The notes beneath the pieces are model-generated. The model was not told the DNA's origin. It saw only the letters and a list, made by a program, of their open reading frames with translations, and ran no database searches. This document shows positions 8,901 through 19,399 of a DNA stretch of 64,000 bases, one piece after another. Positions within the stretch are counted from its first letter, which is position 1. Each line of letters starts with the position of its first letter. Both the position numbers and the translations under genes were made by a program. This stretch comes from an uncultured Candidatus Saccharibacteria bacterium (GTDB taxonomy: Bacteria; Patescibacteriota; Minisyncoccia; Phycocordibacterales; CAIRYW01), in the NCBI GenBank assembly GCA_964446625.1, contig CAYUPH010000003.1, positions 64,192 to 128,191 on the forward strand, read 5' to 3'.

Positions 8901-9437
8901 TTATTTTTTTCGCTGTGAATTTTTTAATACTTCTATATCTTTTTGAAGAAGTGAGAGCATTTCTTCAATTCGACTAATTGTGTCACTTTTTTGTTTTGCA
9001 TTTTCTTCATCGCTACCTTCCTCAATCTCCTCAACATCCTCTTGAATCTCATCAATGTCCTCCTGAATTTCGTCGACGTCCTCTTGAATCTCATCAATGT
9101 CTTCCTGGATTTCATCGACATTTTCTTCGATTTCTTCTACGTCTTCTTGGATTTCATCAATGTCTTCCTGAATTTCGTCGATATCTTTTCCTACCTCTTC
9201 GATTTCTTTTGTGTTTTGGTTTACTGAATACTGAATGAGTATAGAGAGGTAAATAGCCTCGAGGGAAACCAAGGTTGTAAGGAAAAGAAGTACTTGGTCT
9301 AAGTTAAACCCAAAAAGCGGAAGAACGAGACATAGTATAAAAAAAAGTGTATGAAGAATAAGTGAAGGTACTGAACCTACAGAGCGTGTCACTTTCTCCG
9401 CCAGTGTGTCTTCGGTTTTGAGTACTTTCTCTTTCAT
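8901..9437 (-). CDS. DUF1003-like two-TM membrane protein with long acidic heptad-repeat tail
   Basis: TM segments then LSILIQYSVNQNTKEIEE followed by (EIQEDID/EIEENVD)n repeats. Confidence 0.55.
   Translation of the reverse strand: MKEKVLKTEDTLAEKVTRSVGSVPSLILHTLFFILCLVLPLFGFNLDQVLLFLTTLVSLEAIYLSILIQYSVNQNTKEIEEVGKDIDEIQEDIDEIQEDVEEIEENVDEIQEDIDEIQEDVDEIQEDIDEIQEDVEEIEEGSDEENAKQKSDTISRIEEMLSLLQKDIEVLKNSQRKK
9017..9205. repeat. ~9 tandem 21-bp repeats inside CDS 8901..9437
   Basis: cctcttgaatctcatcaatgt / cctcctgaatttcgtcgacgt etc.; encodes acidic heptads; coding repeat, not CRISPR (no spacers). Confidence 0.7.
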
Positions 9438-9523
9438 ATGGCTATTCTAGCAAATAAACTTGAATTTAAAAACGATGACCTACTGTTTTTTGAGAATTTT
9501 CTGATTTCTGCTATAATCCTCGC

Positions 9524-9772
9524 GTGGAAGAAAACAATATTCCAAAGGAAAAAGAGGTAGAAAAGCCTATAAAAACAAAAGCAGAGCTTATCGCTTTTGC
9601 ATACGACCTCGGTTTTGCAATCATTCTTCCGCTTGCACTTCTCGGCTTTGGAGGCAGATACCTCGACCGTTCACTCGGAACTTCACCCATTTTCCTTCTT
9701 GCAGGACTTCTACTCTCGTTGGTTTCAACTGGAATTATTATTGTTAAAAAAGTAAAAAAATTTAGCCTTTAG
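9524..9772 (+). CDS. atpZ: ATP synthase protein I/AtpZ-like small membrane protein (GTG start)
   Basis: 82 aa, two TM helices with glycine-rich loop (LLGFGGRYLD), immediately upstream of atpB. Confidence 0.55.
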   Translation: MEENNIPKEKEVEKPIKTKAELIAFAYDLGFAIILPLALLGFGGRYLDRSLGTSPIFLLAGLLLSLVSTGIIIVKKVKKFSL

Positions 9773-9777
9773 AATTT

Positions 9778-10635
9778 ATGCATATATCAATCGCAGCAGA
9801 AACACTTTTTCATATCGGCGCTTTCCCTGTCACAAACAGCATGCTTATGGCATGGATTGTCGTTATCTTTCTTTCTGTAACAGTCTTTTTTGTTAGTCGA
9901 AATCCAAAGAAAGTTCCAGGACGGCTTCAAGCGCTTATGGAGCTTATTCTCGAGAAATTTGTTGATTTTATGCAAGTGTTTACTGGCGACAGAGCTCTTG
10001 TAAAAAAATATCTTCCAATTGTTGGAACAATCTTTTTCTTTGTTCTCTTTTCTAACTGGGCAGGAATTTTGCCTGGAGTTGGAACAATAGGTTTTTATGA
10101 AAAACATGAGGAGGAAGCGGTCAAAGAAGTTGTGGACATAGAAGGAGTAGAGGGAAACCCTGCTTCTCCTTCCGAAGTTCACGAAGCCGAAGCTCCTACT
10201 TCAGAGACTGCAGAGCATGAAAACGCTCCGCTTGTACCATTCTTTAGATCTGGATTTGCTGACCTCAACATGACGCTTGCGCTAGCGCTCATTGTTGTGA
10301 TTTCAACACACATCATTGGGTTTGTTTCAATTGGAGTTTCGCACCACATAGGAAAATTCTTACAAAATCCATTCAAAAAACCTATCGGCGCTTTCATTGG
10401 TTTTCTAGAGCTTATTGGTGAAGTTTCAAGAGTTGTCTCATTTTCTTTTAGGCTTTTTGGAAACCTGTTTGCAGGAGAGGTTCTTCTCATGATTATTTCT
10501 TCTCTTGTTCCCTATTTTATTCCGATTCCGTTTCTAGGGCTTGAAGTATTCGTAGGTTTTGTGCAAGCACTCATCTTCTCTACCCTTGCAATGACTTTTA
10601 TCGCAGCTTCAACGCAGCACCACGAGGAGCACTAA
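9778..10635 (+). CDS. atpB: F0F1 ATP synthase subunit a
   Basis: Conserved FRLFGNLFAGEVLL (essential Arg) region; contains unusual acidic ~55-aa insertion (EEEAVKEVVDIEGVEGNPASPSEVHEAEAPTSETAEHEN). Confidence 0.9.
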   Translation: MHISIAAETLFHIGAFPVTNSMLMAWIVVIFLSVTVFFVSRNPKKVPGRLQALMELILEKFVDFMQVFTGDRALVKKYLPIVGTIFFFVLFSNWAGILPGVGTIGFYEKHEEEAVKEVVDIEGVEGNPASPSEVHEAEAPTSETAEHENAPLVPFFRSGFADLNMTLALALIVVISTHIIGFVSIGVSHHIGKFLQNPFKKPIGAFIGFLELIGEVSRVVSFSFRLFGNLFAGEVLLMIISSLVPYFIPIPFLGLEVFVGFVQALIFSTLAMTFIAASTQHHEEH

Positions 10636-10666
10636 ATAAAATTAAATTTAGGTAGAAAAGTAACCG

Positions 10667-10694
10667 GCCGGCGTTCCTCTAGAGGAACGCCGGC
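10667..10694. terminator. perfect 28-bp GC palindrome just after atpB stop
   Basis: gccggcgttcctct|agaggaacgccggc; no clear T-tract, may be terminator/processing hairpin or part of the downstream structured element. Confidence 0.35.
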
Positions 10695-10699
10695 ACAAC

Positions 10700-11795
10700 C
10701 CACCACTGAAAAAACTTTCACTTTAATTTTTGCACGCTTTAATAAAACCGTGCAAGTGGAAAACGAAGTCAGCCCAGTCCCCCGTGTGGGGACTGGGCTG
10801 TGAGCTTTGTTGAATGGGGAATGGGAGCCGCCACCGTGTGTGGCGCTTAGAAGGGGTACGCTCGTCCATTGTATCCTCCTTCGAGGGACTGTGCTCCCAA
10901 TTCAACCAACGAGCTCTAATTAGAGTAATAACATAGATGTATTTACATGTCAATACGTAAACGAAATGAGCCCCGGCCTCCTGCTTGCGCAAGTGACCGG
11001 AGCTCTCCAGAGAGTATTTCGGCGCTAAGTAGGCGTAAAAGCCGGCAGCAGCCCTCTCTGGATTCGGTGAACAAGTTATGGTGTAACCTCCAACCACACC
11101 TTAACCCATCCACCAAAGTGAGAGGACGGAGAACCAAACTTTCCTAAACCAACGGATTGTTAAGTGTTGATTTGCCTAGTTCTCCGCCCAAAAGAGCGAA
11201 AATTGTGAAGTGATATTACTCACATTTTCGCTCTTTGTCAATATAAAATAAATGAGGAAGGTCCCGCCGGCACAGAGTGCTAGCGGGACCTTTTGTTAGC
11301 CACCCTGCTCCGGCGAATCCGACCCTTCGACTCGGTTTGGAGCATGAATGGCTCTACCTTTTGGTGGTTGCATGGCAACCTCTTTCGGCTAACCACCAAA
11401 TTGGGTGGCAGAGAAGCGCACGGCGCCTGATGAAACTCACCCGAGCCCAGCAGACAATTCCATTTTGCCCGCGCTTCTCCGCCAAATTTAAGGCCAAGGC
11501 GACGATTGATTTCCGAAAACCCGTCTAGTTGGGTTTATTTGCTGTTCGTCGCCTTGGCCAAAGCATGAAAACCGTTTATTAGCCTACTCCTTAAGTAAAA
11601 ATAGTCAAATGAAGATGGCCCGGCTGCAGCTGCAGCCGGGCCCCGATTCGAGCGTGCAAAAGCCCCGTTAAGCACCTCGATGTTCCGAGCGGCCAAGCGA
11701 ATGCACACAGGGCCCAGATACCCTGGTGCATTTCCGCTCGAAAGATTAAAAAGCCGCTAAAACTATACATTAAATATACTTAATGTCAAACAGTT
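10700..11795. ncRNA. candidate large structured non-coding element (unclassified) between atpB and atpE
   Basis: ~1.1 kb without convincing ORF, locally GC-rich in AT-rich context, dense in long perfect stems (cagcccagtcccc/ggggactgggctg; ggtcccgccggc...gccggcgggacc-like; ggccaaggcgacg/cgtcgccttggcc; gcccggctgcagctgcagccgggc; ttcgagcg/cgctcgaa; ttggtgg/ccaccaa enclosing ggttgcatggcaacc). Confidence 0.35.
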
Positions 11796-11800
11796 TTCCC

Positions 11801-11829
11801 TTGCGAGAGCCTAAAATTTGGCTTATAAT
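11801..11829 (+). promoter_or_regulatory. sigma70-like promoter for atpE-atpC
   Basis: TTGCGA - 17 nt - TATAAT about 55 nt upstream of atpE ATG. Confidence 0.55.
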
Positions 11830-11885
11830 ACGCGCAAATGACCGAAAGGTCTTATTTATTTGTTTATTAATAATTATAAAAAAAC

Positions 11886-12113
11886 ATGGAAGTAGAAAAC
11901 CTTAAAGTATTTGCAGCAGCCCTTGCTATCGGTGTCGGAGCTCTCGGTCCCGCTATTGGAATCGGAAACCTTGCCGGAAAAGCTATGGAATCAATTGGAC
12001 GAAATCCAGAAGCTGCTTCAAAAGTACAATCAGCGATGATTCTTGCTATCGCCTTTACAGAAGCGATTGCAGTTTACGCTCTTGTAGTTGCCCTTATTAT
12101 CCTTTTTGCTTAG
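11886..12113 (+). CDS. atpE: F0F1 ATP synthase subunit c
   Basis: 75 aa hairpin proteolipid, conserved carboxylate helix ...[20 protein letters not shown]. Confidence 0.9.
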   Translation: MEVENLKVFAAALAIGVGALGPAIGIGNLAGKAMESIGRNPEAASKVQSAMILAIAFTEAIAVYALVVALIILFA

Positions 12114-12122
12114 TTTCTTTCC

Positions 12123-12641
12123 ATGGAGTCTCTCTTACACGCTCTTGGTATCGACTGGAAACTGCTAGTTGCACAGATTATAAACTTCGGTGTTCTAGCC
12201 TTTGTTCTTCATCGATTTGCATTCAAGCCTCTCATGAAAACTCTTGATGAGCGTATTTCTGGTGCAAAAGAAGCAGAAGAAAAGACTTCATCTATTGAAG
12301 AAAAACTAAATGAGATTAAAGCTCTCGAAGAAAAAGCACTTGCAGAGGCACGAGAAGTATCAAAAAAACTTATCGCTGATGCAGAAGCAAATGCCTCTGA
12401 CCTTCAAAAGAGACTTGAGGATGAAGCAGGAAAAGCCGTATCCGACTTTAGAACTTCCGAAATGAAGAAGCTAGAGGAAGAGAAAAAGGCTTTTTTTGGT
12501 TCACTAAAAAAAGAAGTTCATGAACTTGTTGCCCTCTCTGTTGAAAAAGCAGTTGGAGAGTATGCAACTCCTGAACTCAAAGCAAAAATGACCTCTGAAG
12601 CTCTTACAGAGCTAGAGAAGTTTGCAAAACACAATGATTAG
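12123..12641 (+). CDS. atpF: F0F1 ATP synthase subunit b
   Basis: N-terminal TM helix then long charged coiled coil, position in operon. Confidence 0.8.
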   Translation: MESLLHALGIDWKLLVAQIINFGVLAFVLHRFAFKPLMKTLDERISGAKEAEEKTSSIEEKLNEIKALEEKALAEAREVSKKLIADAEANASDLQKRLEDEAGKAVSDFRTSEMKKLEEEKKAFFGSLKKEVHELVALSVEKAVGEYATPELKAKMTSEALTELEKFAKHND

Positions 12642-13005
12642 TTCAAAGACACTAGGTGAAGCGTTTGCAGAAAAGCTTGCGGAAGCAAGCGGAAAAGCAG
12701 AAGCAGACAAAGCGGTAAAAGAATTTGCTGCTTTTGTTGTTTCAGAAGGACGAACAGGAAGTGTTCCTCGAATTATCGCTGCCTTTACTAAAAAGTGGAA
12801 TGAACTAAAAAACGAAGTAGATATAAAAGTGGAGTATGCTGGTGAAAAGCCTGATTTTCCTCATAAAATTCATGGCAAAAACACAAGTGTTTCGTACAAG
12901 CAAAACGATGCGCTTATCGGCGGAATGACAGCGTCTATTGGAGACTATCTTATCGATGCGTCAATTCAAGGACGAATAAATAAAATTAAAAATATTACCC
13001 GGTAG
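12622..13005 (+). CDS. atpH: F0F1 ATP synthase subunit delta (short form)
   Basis: C-terminal OSCP-like LIGGMTASIGDYLIDASIQGRINKIK; only 127 aa (N-terminal domain reduced). Confidence 0.7.
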   Translation: MQNTMISSKTLGEAFAEKLAEASGKAEADKAVKEFAAFVVSEGRTGSVPRIIAAFTKKWNELKNEVDIKVEYAGEKPDFPHKIHGKNTSVSYKQNDALIGGMTASIGDYLIDASIQGRINKIKNITR

Positions 13006-13029
13006 TTATTATTAGCTAAAAAGACAGGA

Positions 13030-14553
13030 ATGAATAAAGATTCAATAATTGAAGAACTAAAAAGTGAAATCGGAAAACTGAAGGCTGATCCTTCGTTTTC
13101 ACATTTCGGAGAGGTCGTAAAAATTGCGGACGGTGTAGCGTCTATCAAGGGACTCCGTGAAGTAAGATACTCTGAAATGATCGAGTTTGAAGACAAAAAT
13201 GGTGCAAAAATCCCAGGGGTAGCCTTAAACCTTGAAGAAGACCTTGTGGGAGCGATTGTACTTGGAAACGACCTTGGTATTTCTGAGGGTGGAAAAGTAA
13301 CAAACACGGGCAAAATCCTCTCGATTCCTGTCTCAGAGGATATTGTTGGACGAGTTGTGGACGGACTTGGAGCTCCAAAAGACGGTGGTGCTCCCCTTTC
13401 AAATACAAAACTCATGCCTCTTGAGAAAATCGCGCCGGGTGTGATTACTCGAGAATCTGTGAAGACTCCTCTTCACACAGGTATTACAGCAGTAGACGCC
13501 ATGATTCCAATTGGACGAGGACAGCGTCAGCTTATTATTGGTGACAGACAAACTGGAAAGACTGCAATTGCAATCGATACAATCATTCACCAGAAGAACG
13601 AAAAGAACCGACCAATTTGTATTTATGTTGCCATCGGTCAAAAAGAATCTAAAGTTGCGCAAATTGTAGAGCGACTAAAGAGAGCTGGTGCAATGGAATA
13701 CACAGTAGTTGTATCTGCGTCAGCATCTAACCCAGCATCTCTTCAATACCTAGCACCTTACACAGGATGTTCAATTGGAGAATTTTTTATGGAACAAGGG
13801 AAAGACGTTCTTGTTGTCTACGATGATCTTTCAAAACATGCGTGGGCATACAGACAGATTTCTCTCCTTCTCAAGCGTCCACCAGGACGAGAAGCTTACC
13901 CTGGAGATGTATTTTATCTTCACTCAAGACTTCTCGAGCGAGCAGGACGACTAAACAAAGAGTTTGGCGGAGGATCGATTACAGCGCTTCCTATTATTGA
14001 AACTCAGCTTGGAGATATCTCTGCATACATTCCAACAAACGTTATTTCTATTACTGACGGACAAATCTTCCTTGAGTCTGATCTTTTCTTTAAAGGTATT
14101 AGACCAGCGATTAACGTCGGACTTTCTGTGTCTCGAGTAGGATCAAGTGCTCAAACAAAAGCAATGAAAAAAGTTGCAGGAAAAATGCGACTAGACCTAG
14201 CGCAGTTTCGAAGTCTTGAAGCCTTTGCTCAGTTCGGATCTGACCTCGACGAAGGAACAAAGAGACAAATTGCACAAGGACGACGAATGACAGAGCTCCT
14301 AAAGCAACCACAGTTTGCGACAAAGCCTTTTTATGAAATGGCAATTGTAATCTTTGCAGTAGCAAACGGACTTTTTGACAGTATTGAAGTATCAAAAATC
14401 AGAGAAGCTGAAAAGGGGCTTGTTAAATTCCTAAAAGACGAACATCACACTCTTCTTAGTACAATTGCGGATAATGCTGAACTTTCAGATGACTCAGTTC
14501 AAAAACTAAAAGAGGTTATCGCTGATTACACTACAAACTACTTCAATAAGTAG
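13030..14553 (+). CDS. atpA: F0F1 ATP synthase subunit alpha
   Basis: Walker [17 protein letters not shown], full-length alpha. Confidence 0.95.
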   Translation: MNKDSIIEELKSEIGKLKADPSFSHFGEVVKIADGVASIKGLREVRYSEMIEFEDKNGAKIPGVALNLEEDLVGAIVLGNDLGISEGGKVTNTGKILSIPVSEDIVGRVVDGLGAPKDGGAPLSNTKLMPLEKIAPGVITRESVKTPLHTGITAVDAMIPIGRGQRQLIIGDRQTGKTAIAIDTIIHQKNEKNRPICIYVAIGQKESKVAQIVERLKRAGAMEYTVVVSASASNPASLQYLAPYTGCSIGEFFMEQGKDVLVVYDDLSKHAWAYRQISLLLKRPPGREAYPGDVFYLHSRLLERAGRLNKEFGGGSITALPIIETQLGDISAYIPTNVISITDGQIFLESDLFFKGIRPAINVGLSVSRVGSSAQTKAMKKVAGKMRLDLAQFRSLEAFAQFGSDLDEGTKRQIAQGRRMTELLKQPQFATKPFYEMAIVIFAVANGLFDSIEVSKIREAEKGLVKFLKDEHHTLLSTIADNAELSDDSVQKLKEVIADYTTNYFNK

Positions 14554-14572
14554 TAAAAAGTAAACAAAAAAA

Positions 14573-15502
14573 ATGGCAGGAGCGCGCGCAATCAAAACTC
14601 GCATAAAGTCTACAAAAAATATCCAGCAGATTACAAAAGCGATGGAAGCGGTTTCTGCTGTGAAGATGCGAAAGAGCGAGGCTGCTGCCCTTCATGGTAG
14701 ACCATACGCGCTCTATGCGCTCCAAATTTTGCGAAAGATTGAAAGCGGAACAGAGGAATCCCTAAAAGCCCTCTCTCCTTTCTTTGAAAAAGTGGAAGGA
14801 GTAAATAAGGTGTGCTTTATTGTTGTTGCCTCAGACAAGGGTCTTGCAGGAAGCTTTAACAGCAATGTTCTAAAAAAAGCTCACGAAGTGATTTCAAAGG
14901 AAACTCTCCCTGTTTCTGTAGTCGCTGTTGGAAAAAAAGCACGAGACTACTTTGAAAGAAAAGGAATTCCACTTGAAGCTACATTTGAAGGAATTGGAGA
15001 TTTTGCAACAATGGAAGAGTGTAGTCCTATTGCAGAGCTTGCGACTTCCCTTTTCCTTCAAAAAAAATATTCTAAAATAAATATTGTATACACAAACTTC
15101 GTCTCTGCTCTAAAACAAGAAGCAGTCCTTCGCCCCCTCCTTCCTCTTTCAAGAGAAACTCTTGAGGAAGTAACTGCAAATATTATTCCGGAAACAGGAA
15201 AATTTTCACACCTCCGAAACAATGTTTCAAACGATACTGAATACAAATTTGAACCAACACCCGCGACAATAATAAAGGAGCTTGTTCCTCTGCTTGTTGA
15301 AATCGAAATTTTTCATAGTATTCTGGAAGCGAACGCTTCAGAGCACTCGGCGCGAATGGTTGCCATGAAGAACGCATCAGACAACGCCAAGGATATTATC
15401 GGAAAGCTTACAATCAAATACAACAAAGAACGTCAGGCACAAATCACAAAAGAACTTATCGAAATCACGAGCGGAAAAGAAGCATTATCAAAAGAAGAAT
15501 AA
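14573..15502 (+). CDS. atpG: F0F1 ATP synthase subunit gamma
   Basis: MAGARAIKTRIKSTKNIQQITKAMEAVSAVKMRK N-terminus and conserved C-terminal helix. Confidence 0.9.
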   Translation: MAGARAIKTRIKSTKNIQQITKAMEAVSAVKMRKSEAAALHGRPYALYALQILRKIESGTEESLKALSPFFEKVEGVNKVCFIVVASDKGLAGSFNSNVLKKAHEVISKETLPVSVVAVGKKARDYFERKGIPLEATFEGIGDFATMEECSPIAELATSLFLQKKYSKINIVYTNFVSALKQEAVLRPLLPLSRETLEEVTANIIPETGKFSHLRNNVSNDTEYKFEPTPATIIKELVPLLVEIEIFHSILEANASEHSARMVAMKNASDNAKDIIGKLTIKYNKERQAQITKELIEITSGKEALSKEE

Positions 15503-15504
15503 AT

Positions 15505-15678
15505 ATGGAAAATAAAAAAAAGTTAAATCGAATAGAAAAAATTTACATCGCTTTTTTTATTCTTTTGTTAGGGTTTGTTTTAATAACTAATCCAACATTG
15601 GAGGGGGTTGCACATGTAATTAGCGGAGCAGTGATTCTCTATTTAATTTACCTTTTTAACAAAAAATATTTTAAGTAA
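15505..15678 (+). CDS. small two-TM membrane protein (57 aa) inserted between atpG and atpD
   Basis: ATG 3 nt after atpG stop; MENKKKLNRIEKIYIAFFILLLGFVLITNPTLEGVAHVISGAVILYLIYLFNKKYFK; below 60-aa track cutoff. Confidence 0.45.
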   Translation: MENKKKLNRIEKIYIAFFILLLGFVLITNPTLEGVAHVISGAVILYLIYLFNKKYFK

Positions 15679-17088
<1,410 letters not shown>

Positions 17089-17090
17089 TT

Positions 17091-17378
17091 ATGGCAGAAA
17101 GATTTTCTGCAGATGAAGGCGGATGGAATGAAGTGCAGCAAAAAGCTTTAAAAGAACTTTATTCAGAGAGTGGAGCTGAGACGATAGATGAAAAAATTGC
17201 TGTTCATGAAGGAATTTACGGAAAATCAAATTTTTATGGAACCGCCATTGACCATGAGTCCGATCAGCCTGTTAGTCAGGAATTTGTAGGAAGATTGGTG
17301 GATATTACTGAGGAACAAAAATTAAAAATGCACGAGTATACTTATCTTGAAGGACTTGGTCTTATAAATATTGTCTAA
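17091..17378 (+). CDS. hypothetical acidic protein (95 aa) inserted between atpD and atpC
   Basis: Starts 3 nt after atpD stop and ends 6 nt before atpC; no recognisable family. Confidence 0.45.
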   Translation: MAERFSADEGGWNEVQQKALKELYSESGAETIDEKIAVHEGIYGKSNFYGTAIDHESDQPVSQEFVGRLVDITEEQKLKMHEYTYLEGLGLINIV

Positions 17379-17383
17379 AACAA

Positions 17384-17605
17384 ATGTATCTAAAAATTCA
17401 CACACTAGAAGGAACAAAATTTGAAGGAGAAGTAGATTCTGTTACTTTGCCTGCTTCTGACGGTGAAATTACTATTCTTCCAGGACACATTCCCCTCATT
17501 ACAACCCTATCTATTGGCAATATAAAGACCGCTAAGGAAAGTTTTCCTATAACAGGTGGTGTTGCTGAGGTAGACGACAAGGGTGTCGTTGTTCTCGCAA
17601 GCTAA
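17384..17605 (+). CDS. atpC: F0F1 ATP synthase subunit epsilon, N-terminal beta-sandwich domain only
   Basis: 73 aa; ...ITILPGHIPLITTL... motif; lacks the C-terminal two-helix inhibitory domain. Confidence 0.75.
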   Translation: MYLKIHTLEGTKFEGEVDSVTLPASDGEITILPGHIPLITTLSIGNIKTAKESFPITGGVAEVDDKGVVVLAS

Positions 17606-17609
17606 TACA

Positions 17610-18641
17610 TTAGTTTAAAGTGAGTGTAAACTCACTGTCCTTATCTTTTTCGAAAAGACCAGTCTCGGTTGCGTATGTTTTCACACTAACGGTCTTTGTG
17701 CTTGGTGTAAAAGTGTAAACGCGAAGTTTTCCCTCACCACCTCTTGTGCGTCCTTGGTAGTTTTGTACAATTTCAAACACATCTTCCCCGCAAGAGTTTT
17801 TAGATACTTGCCTCGCTTCTCCGTCAACGGTGTGAAAATGTCCGTTAAGTACAAAATCTACATTACAATGTGGATAAACTAACTTTTTAAATAGATTTTC
17901 TCCTGTATTTCCACCTTTTGTATAGTCGAGCTCCGTAGACCGACCAGAATCGTCGTCGCTTAGGTAAAGGTGTGTACTTAAAATAACCATTCTGTCTTTG
18001 TTTTGAGAGATAATCTTGCTTGCCCAGGCAATTACCTCATTATCCGCTTCTACTTCAAGGTTAAGGAAGAGTAGTTTTACTCCATTTGCTTCTACGAGAG
18101 AATAGTTGTTGCGGTTATCTCTAAAACTACCTCCAAAAGAAGAAAACCCTTTGAATTTCTTCTCTCCAAAATACTTTTGATACGTTTTGTACCTTGCTTC
18201 TAAATTACCATCTTCTTCCATATCATGGTTTCCCGGAAGCACTTCATACGGCACCTTGTCATCTAAAAGACTAAGGCAATTTGAAACATTCCCCCACTCT
18301 TTTAAGTCTTTACCTCCGTCTTCTACCAAGTCCCCCAATTGATTTACAAAGGCTATGTTTAGTTTCTCTTTGTTTTCAAGTACCCAGTTAGCTTGTCCGC
18401 AAGTTGTTTCAGGGAAAAATTTTGAATAAACCTGCGTGTCTGGAAGAATGACGACTGAAAAAGATTTTGTACTATCTACTGCCTCAAACTCTTGTCTGTT
18501 TAGGTTTTTACCAGGTTCTCCTGTATGTCTTTTTGGGCCAGCTAAACTTGATCTACCAGCAAAATAAACAATAAGGAAAAGAACAAGAGACGAGAAAGCG
18601 ACGGTGGCAAGAATGTAAAGAACATACTTTTTAAAACTCAT
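17610..18641 (-). CDS. membrane-anchored calcineurin-like metallophosphoesterase
   Basis: N-terminal TM; GDLVEDGG, LPGNHD, GHFH metal-ligand motifs. Confidence 0.75.
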   Translation of the reverse strand: MSFKKYVLYILATVAFSSLVLFLIVYFAGRSSLAGPKRHTGEPGKNLNRQEFEAVDSTKSFSVVILPDTQVYSKFFPETTCGQANWVLENKEKLNIAFVNQLGDLVEDGGKDLKEWGNVSNCLSLLDDKVPYEVLPGNHDMEEDGNLEARYKTYQKYFGEKKFKGFSSFGGSFRDNRNNYSLVEANGVKLLFLNLEVEADNEVIAWASKIISQNKDRMVILSTHLYLSDDDSGRSTELDYTKGGNTGENLFKKLVYPHCNVDFVLNGHFHTVDGEARQVSKNSCGEDVFEIVQNYQGRTRGGEGKLRVYTFTPSTKTVSVKTYATETGLFEKDKDSEFTLTLN

Positions 18642-18643
18642 AT

Positions 18644-19384
18644 TTATGGCTTTATTATACTTCCAACAAAATTTTTACCGTTTATAAAAGCGTCTGCTTC
18701 TTCAAGTTTGTTTCCGTTTATTATTGCAACCTGAAGTCCAAGTACTTCTGCTTCTTTGCTTGCAATTGGATCAAATGGGCTCGATAGTCCTGGATCCCAT
18801 TTTTTTGGAATTAGCTTCCTGAACTCCTTCCAGTTTATTTCTTCGATTCTTTTTGCATCTTTAAATTCCCGCGGGTCTTTGTCGAAAATATAATCTATGT
18901 TTGTGAGGTTTATGAGTTTCTTTGCTTTAAAGCGCTTTGCAAGGCACACCGAAACAAAATCTGTTGACCATCCTGGTTTCCAGCCAGCACCAATTAAAAT
19001 AGGTTTTGTAAAAGAAACTTTTTTGTCGAAAGGATCATGAATGATTACCTCCTCAACTTTCGGCAAGAAAATAGCCTTAACGAGCTGGGCATTAAGTCTT
19101 GTTGAGTGAATTCCAAGCCAATCGACATCTTGTGGTCTAAGCTTTGTTACTTCGAGGGCTGCGTGTTGGTATTTTCGGCAAATCTTTCCTCCTCCACAGA
19201 CAATCACAAATCGCTTCCCTTTTTTTACGCCATTTAGGACAAAGTCTTTTAGGTGAGATAGAAAACTAGTATTGATTTCTTCTGGGAAAATCATTGATCC
19301 TCCAACCGATATAATCACTACTTCTTTGTTTTCTTTTTTTGTCATGTTAAGGAGTATTCTAACAGAACAAGCCTCTTTTTTCAA
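18644..19384 (-). CDS. pyrH: uridylate kinase (amino-acid kinase family)
   Basis: VVIISVGGSMIF ... IVCGGG ... amino-acid-kinase fold; start may be internal MTKKENK. Confidence 0.7.
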   Translation of the reverse strand: MKKEACSVRILLNMTKKENKEVVIISVGGSMIFPEEINTSFLSHLKDFVLNGVKKGKRFVIVCGGGKICRKYQHAALEVTKLRPQDVDWLGIHSTRLNAQLVKAIFLPKVEEVIIHDPFDKKVSFTKPILIGAGWKPGWSTDFVSVCLAKRFKAKKLINLTNIDYIFDKDPREFKDAKRIEEINWKEFRKLIPKKWDPGLSSPFDPIASKEAEVLGLQVAIINGNKLEEADAFINGKNFVGSIIKP

Positions 19385-19399
19385 ACTTGTTCTCCCCTA

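Noticed and set aside
9017-9205. Possible CRISPR array (regular 21-bp periodicity)
   Set aside because: Units are contiguous with no spacers, lie in-frame within a CDS and encode acidic heptads; it is a coding tandem repeat. No cas genes in the window.
10723-11528. Short ORFs inside the GC-rich atpB-atpE spacer (10723..11097-, 10943..11137-, 10947..11147+, 11277..11528+)
   Set aside because: Mutually overlapping, Arg/Pro/Ser-rich translations typical of GC-rich non-coding DNA; region is better explained as structured RNA.
10640-11880. Identification of the GC-rich spacer as RNase P RNA, tmRNA, SRP RNA or an rRNA fragment
   Set aside because: I searched by eye for hallmark motifs. No RNase P P4 GGAAAGUCCGGGCUCC / ACAGAAxCCGGCUUA pair in the right spacing was found. 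No tmRNA tRNA-like ends or ...ALAA tag frame was found. No SRP GGAAGCAGCC apex was found. A 12-nt match to 16S (AGATACCCTGGT) is an isolated hairpin-level coincidence. Identity remains unassigned.
12966-13662. Antisense ORFs within atpH/atpA (12966..13415, 13145..13408, 13399..13662 minus)
   Set aside because: They overlap strongly conserved ATP synthase coding sequence on the opposite strand; low-complexity translations.
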